From the NCBI RefSeq assembly GCF_024521635.1, contig NW_026250419.1:744001-808000 (forward strand): 64,000 nucleotides of DNA, in the 5' to 3' direction. Under the pieces are notes generated by a model. It was not told the DNA's origin. It searched no databases and saw only the letters and a program-made list of their open reading frames with translations. Positions 1 to 12,800 of the stretch are shown here, in pieces (position 1 is the stretch's first letter; each line of letters begins with the position of its first letter). This DNA is from Tricharina praecox (Eukaryota). Both the position numbers and the translations under genes were made by a program.

Positions 1-2999
1 AGGTCGACGCCGAACCTGTGTGATGACGGGGTTAGTGTGTATAGGTATGGGGGAGAGGGAGGAGGATGCATACATTTCTCTAATTGCATAGACGATCCTG
101 CGACTGCAGGTGTCATCGGCGACACCTCCGAAGACCTCATCGACATCGATGGGGGCGAGGTCCTGGTCATCGAAGCATCTCTTGACGATGGGCAGCAGAT
201 GTCTCTCTACAGATTCCCGGGCAGATCCGTCACGGATTTCATCATCGTCGAGCTCAACCTTCTCCACGCAGATCTCGAACGGTTGGCTGATGGCCATGAC
301 CGAGTGCTTTCCATCGTGGTGGTACCGGAATTCGAAGACACCGTTCTTCCAGAAACTCTTCTCGCCGCGGAACTCCATCTTGCCGATAACGGTGTCCGGG
401 TTGTTGTCGTTCTTCTGGTCGGAAGAGATAATTCCTTGGTCGGCGGATTTGGTGTCGTATTGGTCTTTGCAGACAGCAATCCAACGGCCCATGGAAGCGA
501 TGCGGGAAACCTCGCGAGCACTATTCTCACCAATCTTATACAGTGCAACCCAGTCCTTGCTCGAGTGGTCGATGGGGGCAGTCCAAGTAACATGAATCGA
601 CTCGCCGTATGCTACAGCCAAGGTCTCGGTGCCCTCCTGAGGCGTAGCATTGTCAATCTTGAGCGAGTACTTTTCGGTATCGTGGGTGATGGAGGAGCTA
701 TCCCTATCGGACAACAACTCGATAGCGAGCCTTGCGGGAGCGAATCTTGCCTGAGTGTTCTTCATGACGCCCATGACAGCCTTGGGGAAACGGGGTCTGG
801 ATCTCTCGAGCAACTCCTCAACGAAATCGGCAGCCTCGGCAACGATTTTGTCGACGCTGCCCTGGAACATGCGGACTTGGTCGGCAACGGGAGGGGGCAT
901 GGCCTTGCGGATGGTCTTGGCAACCCCGGCTTCGTTGCGGATCTGGCTTCCGTACAGCTTCCGCATGTGTGGCCCTTCAACCAGGTTAAGGAACAGAAGC
1001 GCGCAGACATGCGAGAACAGTCCGATCAAGAAGATGGGAGAAGACGAGGCGATCAGAACGATACCCCAAATGCCGGCACAACCGATGAGACGCTCGGGGT
1101 TGTTGAGGTATCTGTAAATTCCAGAGTACGTCAGGTGAGGGCTGGGAAGGTCGAAGAAGAAGTCGCCGTAGAACCAGCCAAACTCGCCGAGCGATTCGTG
1201 AATCGAGAACGCGGTCCACACCTGAAGTGCGACCAGCATTATTCCGACGGTGTGTCTGAAGAGTGCCATACGCTCGTCGGACGATGGGAGCTGGTACATC
1301 TTCCAGGCAGCGGCAATGAACGAAGCGTGCGTCATCGAAAGGGAAACGAAGTACACACCCTTCCACTGTCTCCAAGCGTCCTCGCGGGTCTCACCGAACT
1401 TCAAGAAGTGGCGAACATAGCTCTTGTTCTTGCTCTGGCCAACGAGTACAGCTCCGATTCCGATGGTGTGCCAGAGTCTCCAGAGCAAGGCGTGGATGAT
1501 AAACAAAGCCTGGTAGATGGGAGTACTAGGCGTCGCAAGCGCGAACACACCAAGGTAGAATACGAGAAGCATGCTGGAGAAATGGACGCTGTTCCAAGGA
1601 TCCAAAGACTGGACGAGCGGGCGCTCGGAGGAAGCATGGCCGATGTCGGTGAAGACCGACCCAGACAACGAAGCGACATCGTCGTCCAACTGAGGGACCT
1701 CCTGCAACTGGGACTTTCTGCGCGGCGCCGGTGGGTTGTAGGTCTTTTCGATGTGGGGATTCTCCACGAACGTCAAGAATGCGAACTGAGCGGCATGAGC
1801 GGCGAGTGACACAAAGAGAACGGTGTAAGAAGCAGCAAAGAGGGAAATGCCCTGAGATAGAAAGTCAGAATTGCACAGCCCAGACGCAAGCAAGTTTTTT
1901 CTTCTTTCGAATCATCACTCACGTAGTATCCAGCGTATCCCACCGAGTACATCGGGTGAGGGGCGATCTCATAAACACCATCAAAGGTAAGGTTCTGGTC
2001 GATGAGGTAAAAGAAGTCACCCCAGTCTGCAGGCCAAAAGCGCGGACGGTTAGCTCGTGTTACGTGTAGGGCGTATGTGGGCGTAGGCGACCCCAAGACA
2101 AACACACGGAGTGAAGTCCTGAGGGGAAGGCCACCACCGGGGGAAAACAGCACTTACACCAAGCATAATCCTTGACAACGCGGTGCGCATCAAGCTTAAC
2201 CCAGAGGTTGAACAGGAAGAGGACAGCGCCGCCAGCCCATCTTCCGACGGTGAAGTACCATTCCTCATTGGCCGGCTGGGTGGCGCAGGACATGGCCATC
2301 AACACATAGCTCACGAAGTCACACATCAAGATCAAGTCTACAAGCCTCCGGAACACGAGCCAGGTATTGTATTCAATGGGCGCATCATCGAACTTGTAAT
2401 CGCCACTCATCACCTCGTTCCGGACCTTCGACTCGATGTCCTCGCGGATGTGCGAGTAAAAGGGCGACTTGGGATCAAAGATTGCGTACTTCTCGGCCCA
2501 ATACACCAACTGACCATATTTCGACTGTGCCTGCAGGAGATATCCCAATCCGACGTTGTAGGAAGCTCGCCAGAACAAAAACAGGACGAGTAGCACGGGC
2601 GTCCGGAGCGCGGTCGGCAGGGTGAAGTAGAGGCCGATGTGTACGGCCAATACACCAAGGATGAACAGATCTATGGATTTCTTCGGCGTTGAGGGCGACA
2701 GGAGAGTCGAGACCATATCATGGGTCTGTGGGACCACGAACACTAGAGGTTTTTCTGGCGGTTAATCTCTGGGTTCCCAAGCAGCAACAGCAGCAGCAGT
2801 AGCCACGCCCAACGATGTCCATGCGGAACAGGAAATACTCACAACGGCCATTGTGTGCGATGCGACCAAATGTCTTTCGCGGTTTTGAGGGATCATCCTG
2901 TTGTGGGGGAGAGTCTGGCGGTTCAGCCGCTGCCGTCATTGCTTCCGACGTGGTCCGTGCTCGTAATGCAGCACCGTCTTGCTCTCCTGGGGTCGCCAT
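1..2999 (-). CDS. CHO2: Phosphatidylethanolamine N-methyltransferase (Cho2/Pem1), 3' end runs off the window
   Basis: Spliced model: exons 2999-2843, 2742-2158, 2026-1923, 1851-74, 15-<1, all GT-AG with frame preserved. Recognised family segments: [74 protein letters not shown]. Confidence 0.95.
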
Positions 3000-5501
3000 G
3001 GCGAGCGCTACAACTATCCTCGAGGGCCGTGGTGGAGCACGATTCGAAGATGGCAAGATGGCAAGATGTAATAGGTGAGGTTTGGGCGGGAGGGGGGGAT
3101 CTTGCTTCGGTACGTGCTCCTGTTGAAGGAGAGCTCAATGTGTGTATGGGCGAAGCGAAGGTTGGGACTGTGTCTGTCCGAGCAGCGAGGGCGGAGGGAA
3201 GGAGGGAACAAGGGAACGGAGGAAAGATGGGAAAGATGGAAGAGTACAGATCACCAAGAAAAGTCCGACGACACCTAGGATTTTAAGACCAGCGACCAGG
3301 TTCCGATATCGGGAAAGGGCGCCCTCTGGGCCAGCTCGGTGTTCTCGTCGTTACTCGTGGGGCGTATGGGAGGGCGCCCTGGCGCGGATGCGAAGATGTG
3401 ATACCCGGGGGCCATCTGCAGCAGAGTAGCCGGGTTGAGGATAGGGTTCCTCACAACAGCACCCGTTGGGGGGATTCTTGACGGCAGGCAACAGGCCGGC
3501 CATTTCCAGCTGCCGCTCGCCTGAAGGGCCGTTGGGCCAGTATCCAGAGTAGTCAACTCTTAGATAAGTACTCTACGTTCCATCGGAACCTCTCTATAAA
3601 AGTGCTTAGCTGCCCACACCAGACACCTCTAGAAACAATTCGTATGTAGTCGAACCGAGCTTGCACAGTACAGCTGTCTTCCGGCTCGTGAAGAACTTTC
3701 ACGCTGGGTAACTACCAGTTAGTACTACTCGACTACTTCCGTCCTACCGAAGGACTGTTCAGTTGTTCACGCGAGCATGAGTTATGAGCCAGCACGTGAT
3801 AGCCGCCACCGATCGGTTGCCCTTTAACCGGAAGAACAGATGCAAGCCAAACGGGAATCTGTGTCAATCCCGCTCTCACGCGAGTAGATACAGATGTTTA
3901 TCGCATCAGCAATATGCTTAATTGCGTTTCTAACTTTCTATGCTTGAAGTATGTACTACGTGCTTAGGTTTGTACGCGTGCAGCCGTTATCGCCCTCCTC
4001 GATAACGGGATAGGTCAGTAAGTAGGCAACGGGGAACTTGTGTGACAACTCGTATCGACTCCTGGCGAATCCGATGCGGAGGATGCGTCTCGGGGAGGAT
4101 ACCGGTATCTATCCAAGTACTAGTAGGTACTCAAGATAAGTGCTCTACATATGTAGGAAAGGACCTCGACCGCCCCGGGACCGGGAGCGGAGTGGAGGAG
4201 ACGGCATACATACGAGCAAACAACCTCCCAGTCACATGAAACCCGCAAGAAAAAACTAAAAACACTAAAATAAACCAAATAACAATCAACAGAGTGCTTC
4301 TAGGAAGCAAGGAAACCTCGTCGGACAGAATATGGAGTACGTCAACACATCCCCGGGTTTAGGACTACGGTGTACGCCGGTCGGTTGCGGCCTAGGGTGA
4401 GTCTCCGCATCTTTTTGGGGGCGAACGGACGGGCGAAGAGGAAACGATCCGGAAAATAATTGGGAATTAAACAACCGGCATTCTAAACTAGGCGCCGGAC
4501 GGAGAAGAAAGACAATTGCGCGAGCATCCAGGGCCCTTGAAAGTGCACTGCAATATCGAAGTCACAGCTGAGATCCCATCTCATCGCCGTCATCGTTTGC
4601 GGCTGACTAGGTGCCGTACTCCAACCAGCAAGTCCCCATATCTGCCACGGAGAAACTCCCAAGTGGCCTGGTGTTGGTGGCGAAGAACGGTTCCAGGTCC
4701 GAATGCTGTATGTCTGTGCGGGCTGTCCGCATCGATGTTACCGTGCTCGTGATCGTGGAGGATGGAGTCATTTTTGGTGCGAAATTCAGCCGTTTATACC
4801 CACACTCGTTAACGAATGTGTCTCATGAGCCACCCGATCCTCTCATTTCACGGCCCATCACTCGAGGATTTTCTGTGGGGCTGTCATGTGAATGGGGTCG
4901 CCCTCGAAATCCCCATTCCGGCCTCCCAGCGGACAGGAAAAGCTTTCTTTGGATATTACTTTTGCGATAATCTGGCCCAGACTGTATGCAAAATAAATTG
5001 ATGACCTCCCCGTGGGGTCACCCGACCGAATATGAGACCCGGGCTTGTCTTGAATCATAAAGTTGGTCGAGTTCCCACCAATGGCCGTCAGTTTCTGCCT
5101 CCCAAGCAAAAAGTACACGAGGCTGTGCTCTCAAATGACATCCACGCACACTTTCCGGCTTTCTTGGAGACCGCTGCGAATACAATCTTCACTAACACGG
5201 TGACCATAACGCCATTCGGGATCCCGTGCTGCAGTAGCACTCGGAAGCCCTTTCGGACCAGCGGAGAGATCAGGGACGGATTAAGATGCGGCTCTGCGGG
5301 AGCTAGACCGTATCGGTCGCTTATCGTTGAGCCCGAAGATATCGACGTTGGCGACATTGGCGGGAACTCCGCATACATATGGGATGTGGATTATTTGAGC
5401 AAAGGTATCATATATAGTCATCTTCTAAACAGACCAAACGCCTTCCCAACGACCAATCTGGCCGTATAATCAAACCAAACGCCGGTCCTCCAACCCAATT
5501 A

Positions 5502-6727
5502 TCAAATGGCCTCTTTGGTGGCTCGTTCTCTCGCTGCCATCGACCTCCCCTTGAATCTCGAGTTGATAGGCTTCGTTGACATCAACGACGGAAAGTCATC
5601 ATCCGAATCCAGCAAGAACTCCTGCTTCGATGGCCGTCTCGCTGCAGGCACCACACTCCTTTCTGACTCCATTGGATTGACAGAAGGTGATCTTGTGGAT
5701 ATTGATAGTGGAATGGAAGCTGATTGATAAAGGGAATTCACGGAGTGCTTTCTTTGCTTCATCACCGGCGCATCAAGATCATCATCTGAATCCAGTAGGA
5801 TCTCCGTCTTCACCGGCTGAGTAGCAGACCAGCTTGCAGGTGCTGTGGAAGAGGTAGGTTGACGAGGGGGATTCATGGACTGCTTCCTATGCTTCACCAC
5901 CGGCGCGTCGAGATCGTCATCGTCATCAGTTGAAGTGACCGAAGCAGGAATAGCAGAAACAGGCTTACGCGCAACCATTCCGCTTGGCTTAGCAAGCGCG
6001 GAAGGCTTCGCGTTCTGTTGATTATGGACCGGTACAAGATGTCTCCTTTGGCTAGACGCCTGGGAATCAGTGTATCCAGCCGCCGCCCTAGTCACCACAG
6101 TTTTCTGGGGTATGAGCATGCTTAGCGACGCCTGCGAACCAGTATCCCCACGCATCAACGTCATCAGGTCTGTGTTCCTCCGAGTGATGTTCTCGTCCTC
6201 ATCCTCCGAGGAATCGCCCGAGGCGAGCCTGGAAAGTGTCCGTTTTTGCTGTTCGTTCTTTGCCACGATCTTCCGCTTTAGCAAGGTCGCCTTCGAGAGC
6301 GCCGGCTTTCCGACGACGGGCCGCTGGATATTGGAAATCTTGCCCGCATTCTTCGACGCCGCCTCGAGCTGTAGACGCTGGTATTCTTGACGGTGGACCG
6401 AGCGCGTGTAGAGCTGTGCGATGGAAAGGAACTCGTCTTCGACCATTATCCATTCGTCGTCGGAGGAGTGCATGTACCTGCGGTAGCAGGGCGTCAGTCG
6501 GGCGTGCGATGCGAACCATTACCGGGAGAACCACCCCCAACATACTCTATATTTGCCAGCGGGTCTTCATCGTCCGGTGCGTCTACAGGTAGGGCACGTT
6601 GACGTTTTGTTGCTGGTGCGGCGTTGGTTATGGGCGGTTTGGCAGGTTTGGTCTTCGCGATTGTGCCGGAAAGCCCGGTCTTGGGGGCAGCGGCGGTGTT
6701 GCTGAGCCATGGGATTCTTCGTGGCAT
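5502..6727 (-). CDS. Conserved fungal hypothetical protein, largely disordered
   Basis: ATG 6727 (MPRRIPW). Intron 6545-6478 (GTATGT...CTGAC...CAG) joins in frame to the 323-aa ORF containing DDEWIMVEDEFLSIAQLYTRSVHRQEYQRL and repeated DSDDDLDAP motifs. A further upstream in-frame start at 6923 is possible. Confidence 0.75.
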
Positions 6728-7755
6728 GCCGCTGGATACTACGGCGGAGTCGCTTAAAGTTACGGTGTTCGCTGGGACGATGGTGGCCGCGGGACAATGG
6801 AGCTGTTGCGTCCGGTGTGACGTTCGGTTGATGACGCGCGAAGTGAGGCCAGCCCCCATCTGCACTGACAAAGAAGCGGTTAGTTAGATCACCCAGCTAA
6901 AAGCATTGGCTTGGCATACGCATCACTCGAGACTCGAGACTCGGAGAAAAGAAAACGGTCCTAACACTCATTCCATCTCGCCAAATGACTCGAAGTAATG
7001 ACAAGCCAAGTATATATCTTGCTACACACATAATGACTCGACTAATACCAATCTCAATGAAACCTCAACCCACTGTGAGATGACTCCAGTCAGATTGCTC
7101 AGCTCAACTCAACCCATACTTTGCAGCAGCAAGTCAATGCTTCTACCCAGCTACAGTAGGAATACAAAACTACAAACGCCGTAACCGTATCATGCAACAA
7201 ATCTATTTGCAAAGTAGGAAAACGTCGGTATTAATCAGCCGGGCTCAGGGAATACCTATTCATGCTGGCTCCTTGCAACGCTCAGGCTTCTCGATCCACC
7301 AGCTTCCCATTTCTCATCGGCTTTTGGTTTCCACCAAGTGCTGTAATCAAGTGCCGTTCGGTTTCCAGAATCTTCTGGCAACTAGGCTTGGAACTCTGCT
7401 CAAAACTCTGTCACACGTCTGATCTCCTTTTCACCACCATTAAAGCTATGGCAAGGTGCTTCTGAAACTCATAGGTGATACTGGACAATCGGTATGCGGC
7501 ACCGCTCGCCGATGTCTGACAACTCACTGGATAGTGATCCACGCTGCCTAGCTGGCCAATTCGAAAATCACCTCACTATGGCATCATACGTATCACTCGC
7601 GGAATCGCAGAAATTGGGTGAACCGTGTGCCTTGGTACTTAATATATACAGCCGCTAGTGACCATTGACGAATCATCATCATTCTTTTCCGGTTCTCACC
7701 TTTCATCAGTAATCCCTTGCCCGTTTCCACCCTATCAAACAAACCCAGTCACATA

Positions 7756-9927
7756 CTAACTGGTCTCCACCCGTTCCTTCGCCTCGTGCACAACCTATCT
7801 TCTATCAGCTTGTTGACCTCGCAAGAAGAGAAAGAGAAGGGGAACCCACCTTATCCCAGTCGGTTCTCATGATGATTGTCGTCTCCACCACGGCAATAAA
7901 CAGGAGAGCCACAGCGACGCCGCTCCACAGGCCCAGCAGCTGCATGTCGAAAACGAACGCGCCAATGATTGAGATCGGCATTGCGAGGATGTAGTACGCA
8001 AACAAGTTAATGTAGCTTCCTAGGTGTTGACGGCCTATGGATACGTTAGTTATGACTTCGGAATATACGGAGAGAACAAAAGACCTTGTCCTCTAAGGAG
8101 TCCCGCGGTGCAGGCGCCAATAGCGTCAAACAGCTGGAACACGGCACCAAGGGGAATGGTCTTCACGAATAGCTGTATGACTTCGGGATCCTGCGTGAAC
8201 AACCTAGCAACCCAGTGCCTAGTTGCCAATATCAAGATGAAATTGAACAGCCCCACACCTGCCGCCAGCATCAATCCCAGCTGTGCCGCCATTTTTGCCG
8301 AGTCTCCAAGTGTCGCTCCCAGAAGATTCGCGACACGAGTGGAAACGGCAACGGAGAGCGCGAATGAGAGTTGGAACGTCAGTGATGCAGTGGTGGAGAG
8401 GATCGACTGTGCCGCGACATGTGCCGTGCTCCAGTATGCCGCCATCAGTGTGAGGATCTCGAATGCTAGCCATTCGGCTTCCAGCATGATGAGCCCCGGG
8501 ACCGCAAGTTTGATCATTGGTGACCAGTTGTACAGTGCCTTCCGGGAGAAGCCACCCCAGCACTCCATTCCCCGCACGAACCGGACGTACAAGATCAACA
8601 GCAGGGCCATAAGCCAGTCGGTAATTACCACCGCGATCGGAGCGCCGATGTAACCGAAGCGCTGGCTGACGGTCAGTCCATGTACCCTGGCGAGTCGCAG
8701 GAAAGATTCCTCACCTGTACAAGGACGTAATTGAGCACGGCATTTGTAGGTGCGCAAATCAACAGCACATAGGTCGAAGCCATGAACAGTCCTATGAATG
8801 TATCAATAACTCTGCCACAACAATCTAGAAATAAAATATCTCCGACCTTGTGCCTGAACAAACCGCTTTCCGGACTCGAAGATGGCATAGCCGGGAATAC
8901 CAAATGCAAGGACCCTCAGGTACAGACTGGCAAAGGCCACCAGTTCGCGTTCGGGAATGATGGCATTCAGAATCGGTTCGGAGCACATCCAGAGGCTAGC
9001 CACGGCGCAAGAAACCACCATGAGAAAGCAAACCATTCGTTGCACGTGAAGGCCGACGAGAGTCTTGTTCCCGCTTCCGTATGCCTGCCGGTAGTTGTGT
9101 CAGCAGTAAGCAAGGCAACTACGGAATAAATGCCGACGAATCCCCACCTGCCCGCATAGAGTGTCCAATGCGGTCGATAATCCCTATCCCGCCCCCTAAA
9201 TTAGCACATTGAACAGTCCGCAAGCTGGTGAGCGGGGTCGTGCCTGAATTATCGCATTGGAAGTGATCGTGGCCGTCATGGAACCCAACGAGACGCCGGC
9301 AAGTTCGTTCTTGCCCAATCGGCCAGCGGCAAATATCGACGCAATCGTCAAGCTGTATTGGAGAGCAAAGGTAACATAGAGCAAAGGTGCAGATTTCGCC
9401 ACCACCTTTATCTCCCTCCAGTAGGTCGTATGGATCCGTCCCGCTTCGACAGCCTCCTCCCATTGAACCGTCGATTTGAGTAAGCCAGTAGTCTCGTCGT
9501 CGTCGCTGCTGGACGTGGGAAATGCCCGTGGTCCCAGAGACATAATCGAGCTCGGAGGGCTGGAAGGTCTCCTCGCGGTACTGCCATAGTTCCTCCTCCG
9601 GTCAGCAGCAGCATCTCGCAGAAGCTCACGCTCTTGCTCCAGCATCGTTTCTCTCTCCGTCGTGCTGAGTGTTTCAACAGCTGTAGGGAGCGGGGACGAC
9701 GGTACGAAAGTCGGCCGAGATTGGCCGTAGGTGAACGAGGACCTTCTAAACGAGCCCACCAACGAAACATCCGCCACCGGCGACCGTGAGGGAGCCCGGG
9801 AGAGCCTGTGAGTCTGTGTCTGATCATCGCTGTCTGACTCGTCGTCGATGGCTGAATCGTTTGATCCAGCCGAGACAGTGCTCCAGGCATCCGGGAACAG
9901 GTGCTGGGGCCGATTTGATGCCGCCAT
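7756..9927 (-). CDS. MATE-family efflux transporter (Erc1-like)
   Basis: Seven-exon model from ATG 9927 to TAG 7756-7758. MATE motifs: GRLGKNELAGVSLGSM, GLSTALDTLCGQAYG, KRFVQAQG, AEWLAFEILT, STRVANLLGA, GLLRGQGRQHLG. The first intron (9243-9184) needs a GC donor. Confidence 0.93.
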
Positions 9928-10175
9928 TTTTTCTGCTGTTCTTCGAGGTACCGGATGGTTAGGACGCACTGCTCTGGCTATTGAAGGCTTGCGGGACGGA
10001 AAACGGAGAACGGGATCGTGCCGGTGGTGTTCTGTCGAGCGGAGATCTGGGAGATGTTCTACTGGCGACCAGAAACCATATGTAATCCAGCACGTACCTC
10101 GATGGCGGGGAGCGGGCTTCCGTTGATTGGCTCGATAAAGCGGGCCTCGGAGCTTTGCAGACGTGATCCCTGACC

Positions 10176-10246
10176 AGGTATAAAATGTGCCCGTGGATTA
10201 GGTATAAAATGTGCCCGTGGATTAGGTATAAAATGTGCCCGTGGAT
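10176..10246 (+). repeat. 24-bp tandem repeat x3 (AGGTATAAAATGTGCCCGTGGATT), each unit containing TATAAAA
   Basis: Units start at 10176, 10200 and 10224; read directly from the sequence. Confidence 0.95.
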
Positions 10247-11957
10247 CAGTTACTCAGGGCCTGGAGTGGCGCAATAAGGCAGATGGGGGAGGCTGCAGGA
10301 TGGAGGGACGGAGAAACAGAGCGAATTATTGCAAGTAAAGCAGCGATTATCCCACGATGGGCCCATTTATTATTCTTCGGGCCGCCTAAATACAATGAGG
10401 CAGGAGAATCCAAATGCGAGTGCAGGCAATGAGTAGCTCGCGGGCTAAGGCGGGGAGATAGGTTGAGTTGAAAGATGTCGTCCGTTGTCTGCGGCCAGCC
10501 CAGCCATGGCACGGAATCTTTATGCAGGCCGCAAGGGATGCCCTTTCCTTGCAGCATACCCTGTTCTGATGCGCATTGCGGAGGGCTACTGGATCGTGAA
10601 GAAAACAAGGATGGCGCAGGGTGCACACTTCTCGCCGTAGATAAGCGGGAAGTTTCTCAGATCCGAATCGATAGCTAACCGGGTGGAAAAAGAAGCGGAG
10701 AAAGGGTCCAGTCTCCGAATACCTAAGTATTTCTCCGCGTAGAAGGCATTACAGCGACGGCGATAACTAATGGGCTTCAGTGGACAATGGATGGCGAATT
10801 TTGCCATTACTCCGATCCTTTACATTGCATCAAGTCTCGGCCGTGCCACCTCCAACCGACCAAAGAACCTCTCCGCTATAAAGATGATTGTCAATCCACC
10901 GCACCATTACGTTTCACACTGCGATACTCGAAGCTCAATAATCGAGCTGTCTACGTCAAAACAATAACCTCACTTCCAGACTGCTCTCATCCCGTTCTCT
11001 CCTTGCCTTTTACCCGGCGAAGGAGCACTATCACAGTCCCTCTCACTGTGTCGAAGTGCTGCAATCGATACCACCGAAAGTACAACTTAGATGTCCCCAG
11101 AAGACAGGTACACTGTACTGTACCTGCCACCTCGATCAAGCCTGTAATTGACTTGGGCTCTTAATCCTTTGATGCTTCACAGCTTTATTTTTTACCATCC
11201 GCAGCTTTCGATCTCCACATCGAGACACAGCAGACGACCTTCGATAACTGCTAGCACGGCAATATCTAATACTGATCCGGCTGTTGTATGTAGGATCGGC
11301 CGAGATATCGTGGAACTGTGCATCGGATAATGATTCCTCGGTGGAGATCCGGAGAGCTCAGCTGAGGTTTATCCAAGCCACCCGCCAAGATAGTCAGCAA
11401 GAAATCTCACCCATAGATGGAACGATACTGTAGGTATCTACCTATAACAAACCACCCTCCATACCTCTGGTGTCAAGGAGCTATAGACCCTCTTGGGCGT
11501 CGTAACTGGCAAATTGCGTCGGGTTGCCTCCGACTTGGTGATTTCCTTGGGGAGACCATTCCGGTGTATCTGGCAATAGCGAAGCGGAGCGACTCCCATC
11601 TGATATACCCGTAAGTGAGAGTATGGCCAGGAGATACGTGGAGGGCATATTGTGGCGAGCTGAGCAGGCTGTGAGTTCTCCGGCGGCGTTGGGTGCGGTC
11701 GCGTCCAAGTAGGTAGTTACTCGTGGCTTGTGATGATATCACCGCCTATAACCGTTATTACCCCTGTGTGTGGCTTTGATCGCACCACTCTGGGAGGCAT
11801 GAGCTTCCAGCATCAGATGAGCATCTGGCTCTATGTACTAGCGCTCAGGGGCATTCGTTACGTACCCGAGTTAATAAACCAGTCTCCCCCAGTTCGGATC
11901 CCACAAACTTGGGCTTCAACTTGATCGTCCCCAGACTACCCCCGGATAGCAGTTAGA

Positions 11958-12697
11958 ATGCCGGGCTCTCAAACTCGCACCTGTGGGCCGCAGCCCGTCA
12001 TAGTCAAGGAGTAAGTATCCGGATACCCGCCGGTCTTCGACGTACATGCGCAGCGGTGGTATGTACTGATATCTGTCCGCAGTTTGGAGCCGGAAGCACC
12101 TCTTATTCTCGCGTCTCCATTCATTTCGGCTTTGGTGTTCGAGAACACGGCGAGCGATGCCCGCGATCACTGTGCAAATGAGAGAAGTGAGTGAGCTCCG
12201 TCCGAAGAGTTGGTGGTGGTGGTGGCCGATCTTAGCTCACACATAGCATGACACTAGATTTCCTCTCGTGGCTCCGGCTGTCCATCTACATGTGCATCGT
12301 GTCGATCGCCATAATCCTGAGTTTCCAGCTCAAAACTGAGCCGTCACTGGTTGAAAGGCGCATGGCCCTGCCGCTGGGCCTGATCTTCTGGGCGTTGAGT
12401 CTCGTGTGCTTAGGCGCTGGCTTGTGCAACTATCTAAAGACGTTAGTATTACGTACCCCGGAAGACGAACAAAGAGAGATTGGCTCAACTGAATGAACTC
12501 CTGCAGTATCGAGAAATATAGCAAGAGGGCCGCCATCGTCCAATCAGGGGCAAAAACGCAGATGGTATAGTGCTCCATTATTTGCGGCATCATTGGAGCT
12601 CTGCTCAGTGCTCACAACTGTCTAGATATTTATCATCGTCAGTGTGGTGATCGTAGGAGCGTGTGTCATCTTCATCACTACTAATGCTCAACGCTGA
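11958..12697 (+). CDS. DUF202 (YidH/Vtc1-like) small membrane protein
   Basis: Five exons: 11958-12010, 12083-12186, 12258-12441, 12507-12564, 12626-12697, all GT-AG and in frame. Gives the family motif FENTASDARDHCANERNFLSWLRLS followed by three hydrophobic segments. Confidence 0.88.
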
Positions 12698-12760
12698 AGA
12701 GAGGTTTGGGATGTGAGGGCTGCGATGTGAGAACTGGGAAGGCTGCGAGAGCTTGGAAGG

Positions 12761-12800
12761 CTGGGAAGGGCTGGGAAGGGCTGGGAAGGGCTGGGAAGGG
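12761..12800 (+). repeat. 10-bp tandem repeat (CTGGGAAGGG)x4 with degenerate flanking copies
   Basis: Read directly; lies just 3' of the DUF202 gene stop. Confidence 0.95.

Noticed and set aside
37..1809. 590-aa + strand ORF
   Set aside because: Antisense shadow of the long CHO2 exon; no family motifs recognised, and it ends near the exon boundary.
3560..4290. Identification of the hairpin-rich segment as telomerase RNA, RNase P/MRP, U1-U3 or SRP RNA
   Set aside because: I did not find the diagnostic motifs (TAACCCTAA template, ATACTTACCTG, GTGTAGTATCTG, MRP/P conserved regions).
4500..5470. Several short ORFs and an acceptor-like GCTGACTAG at about 4602-4610
   Set aside because: I could not assemble a consistent spliced gene or recognise a family; it may be a pseudogene or UTR and needs a translated search.
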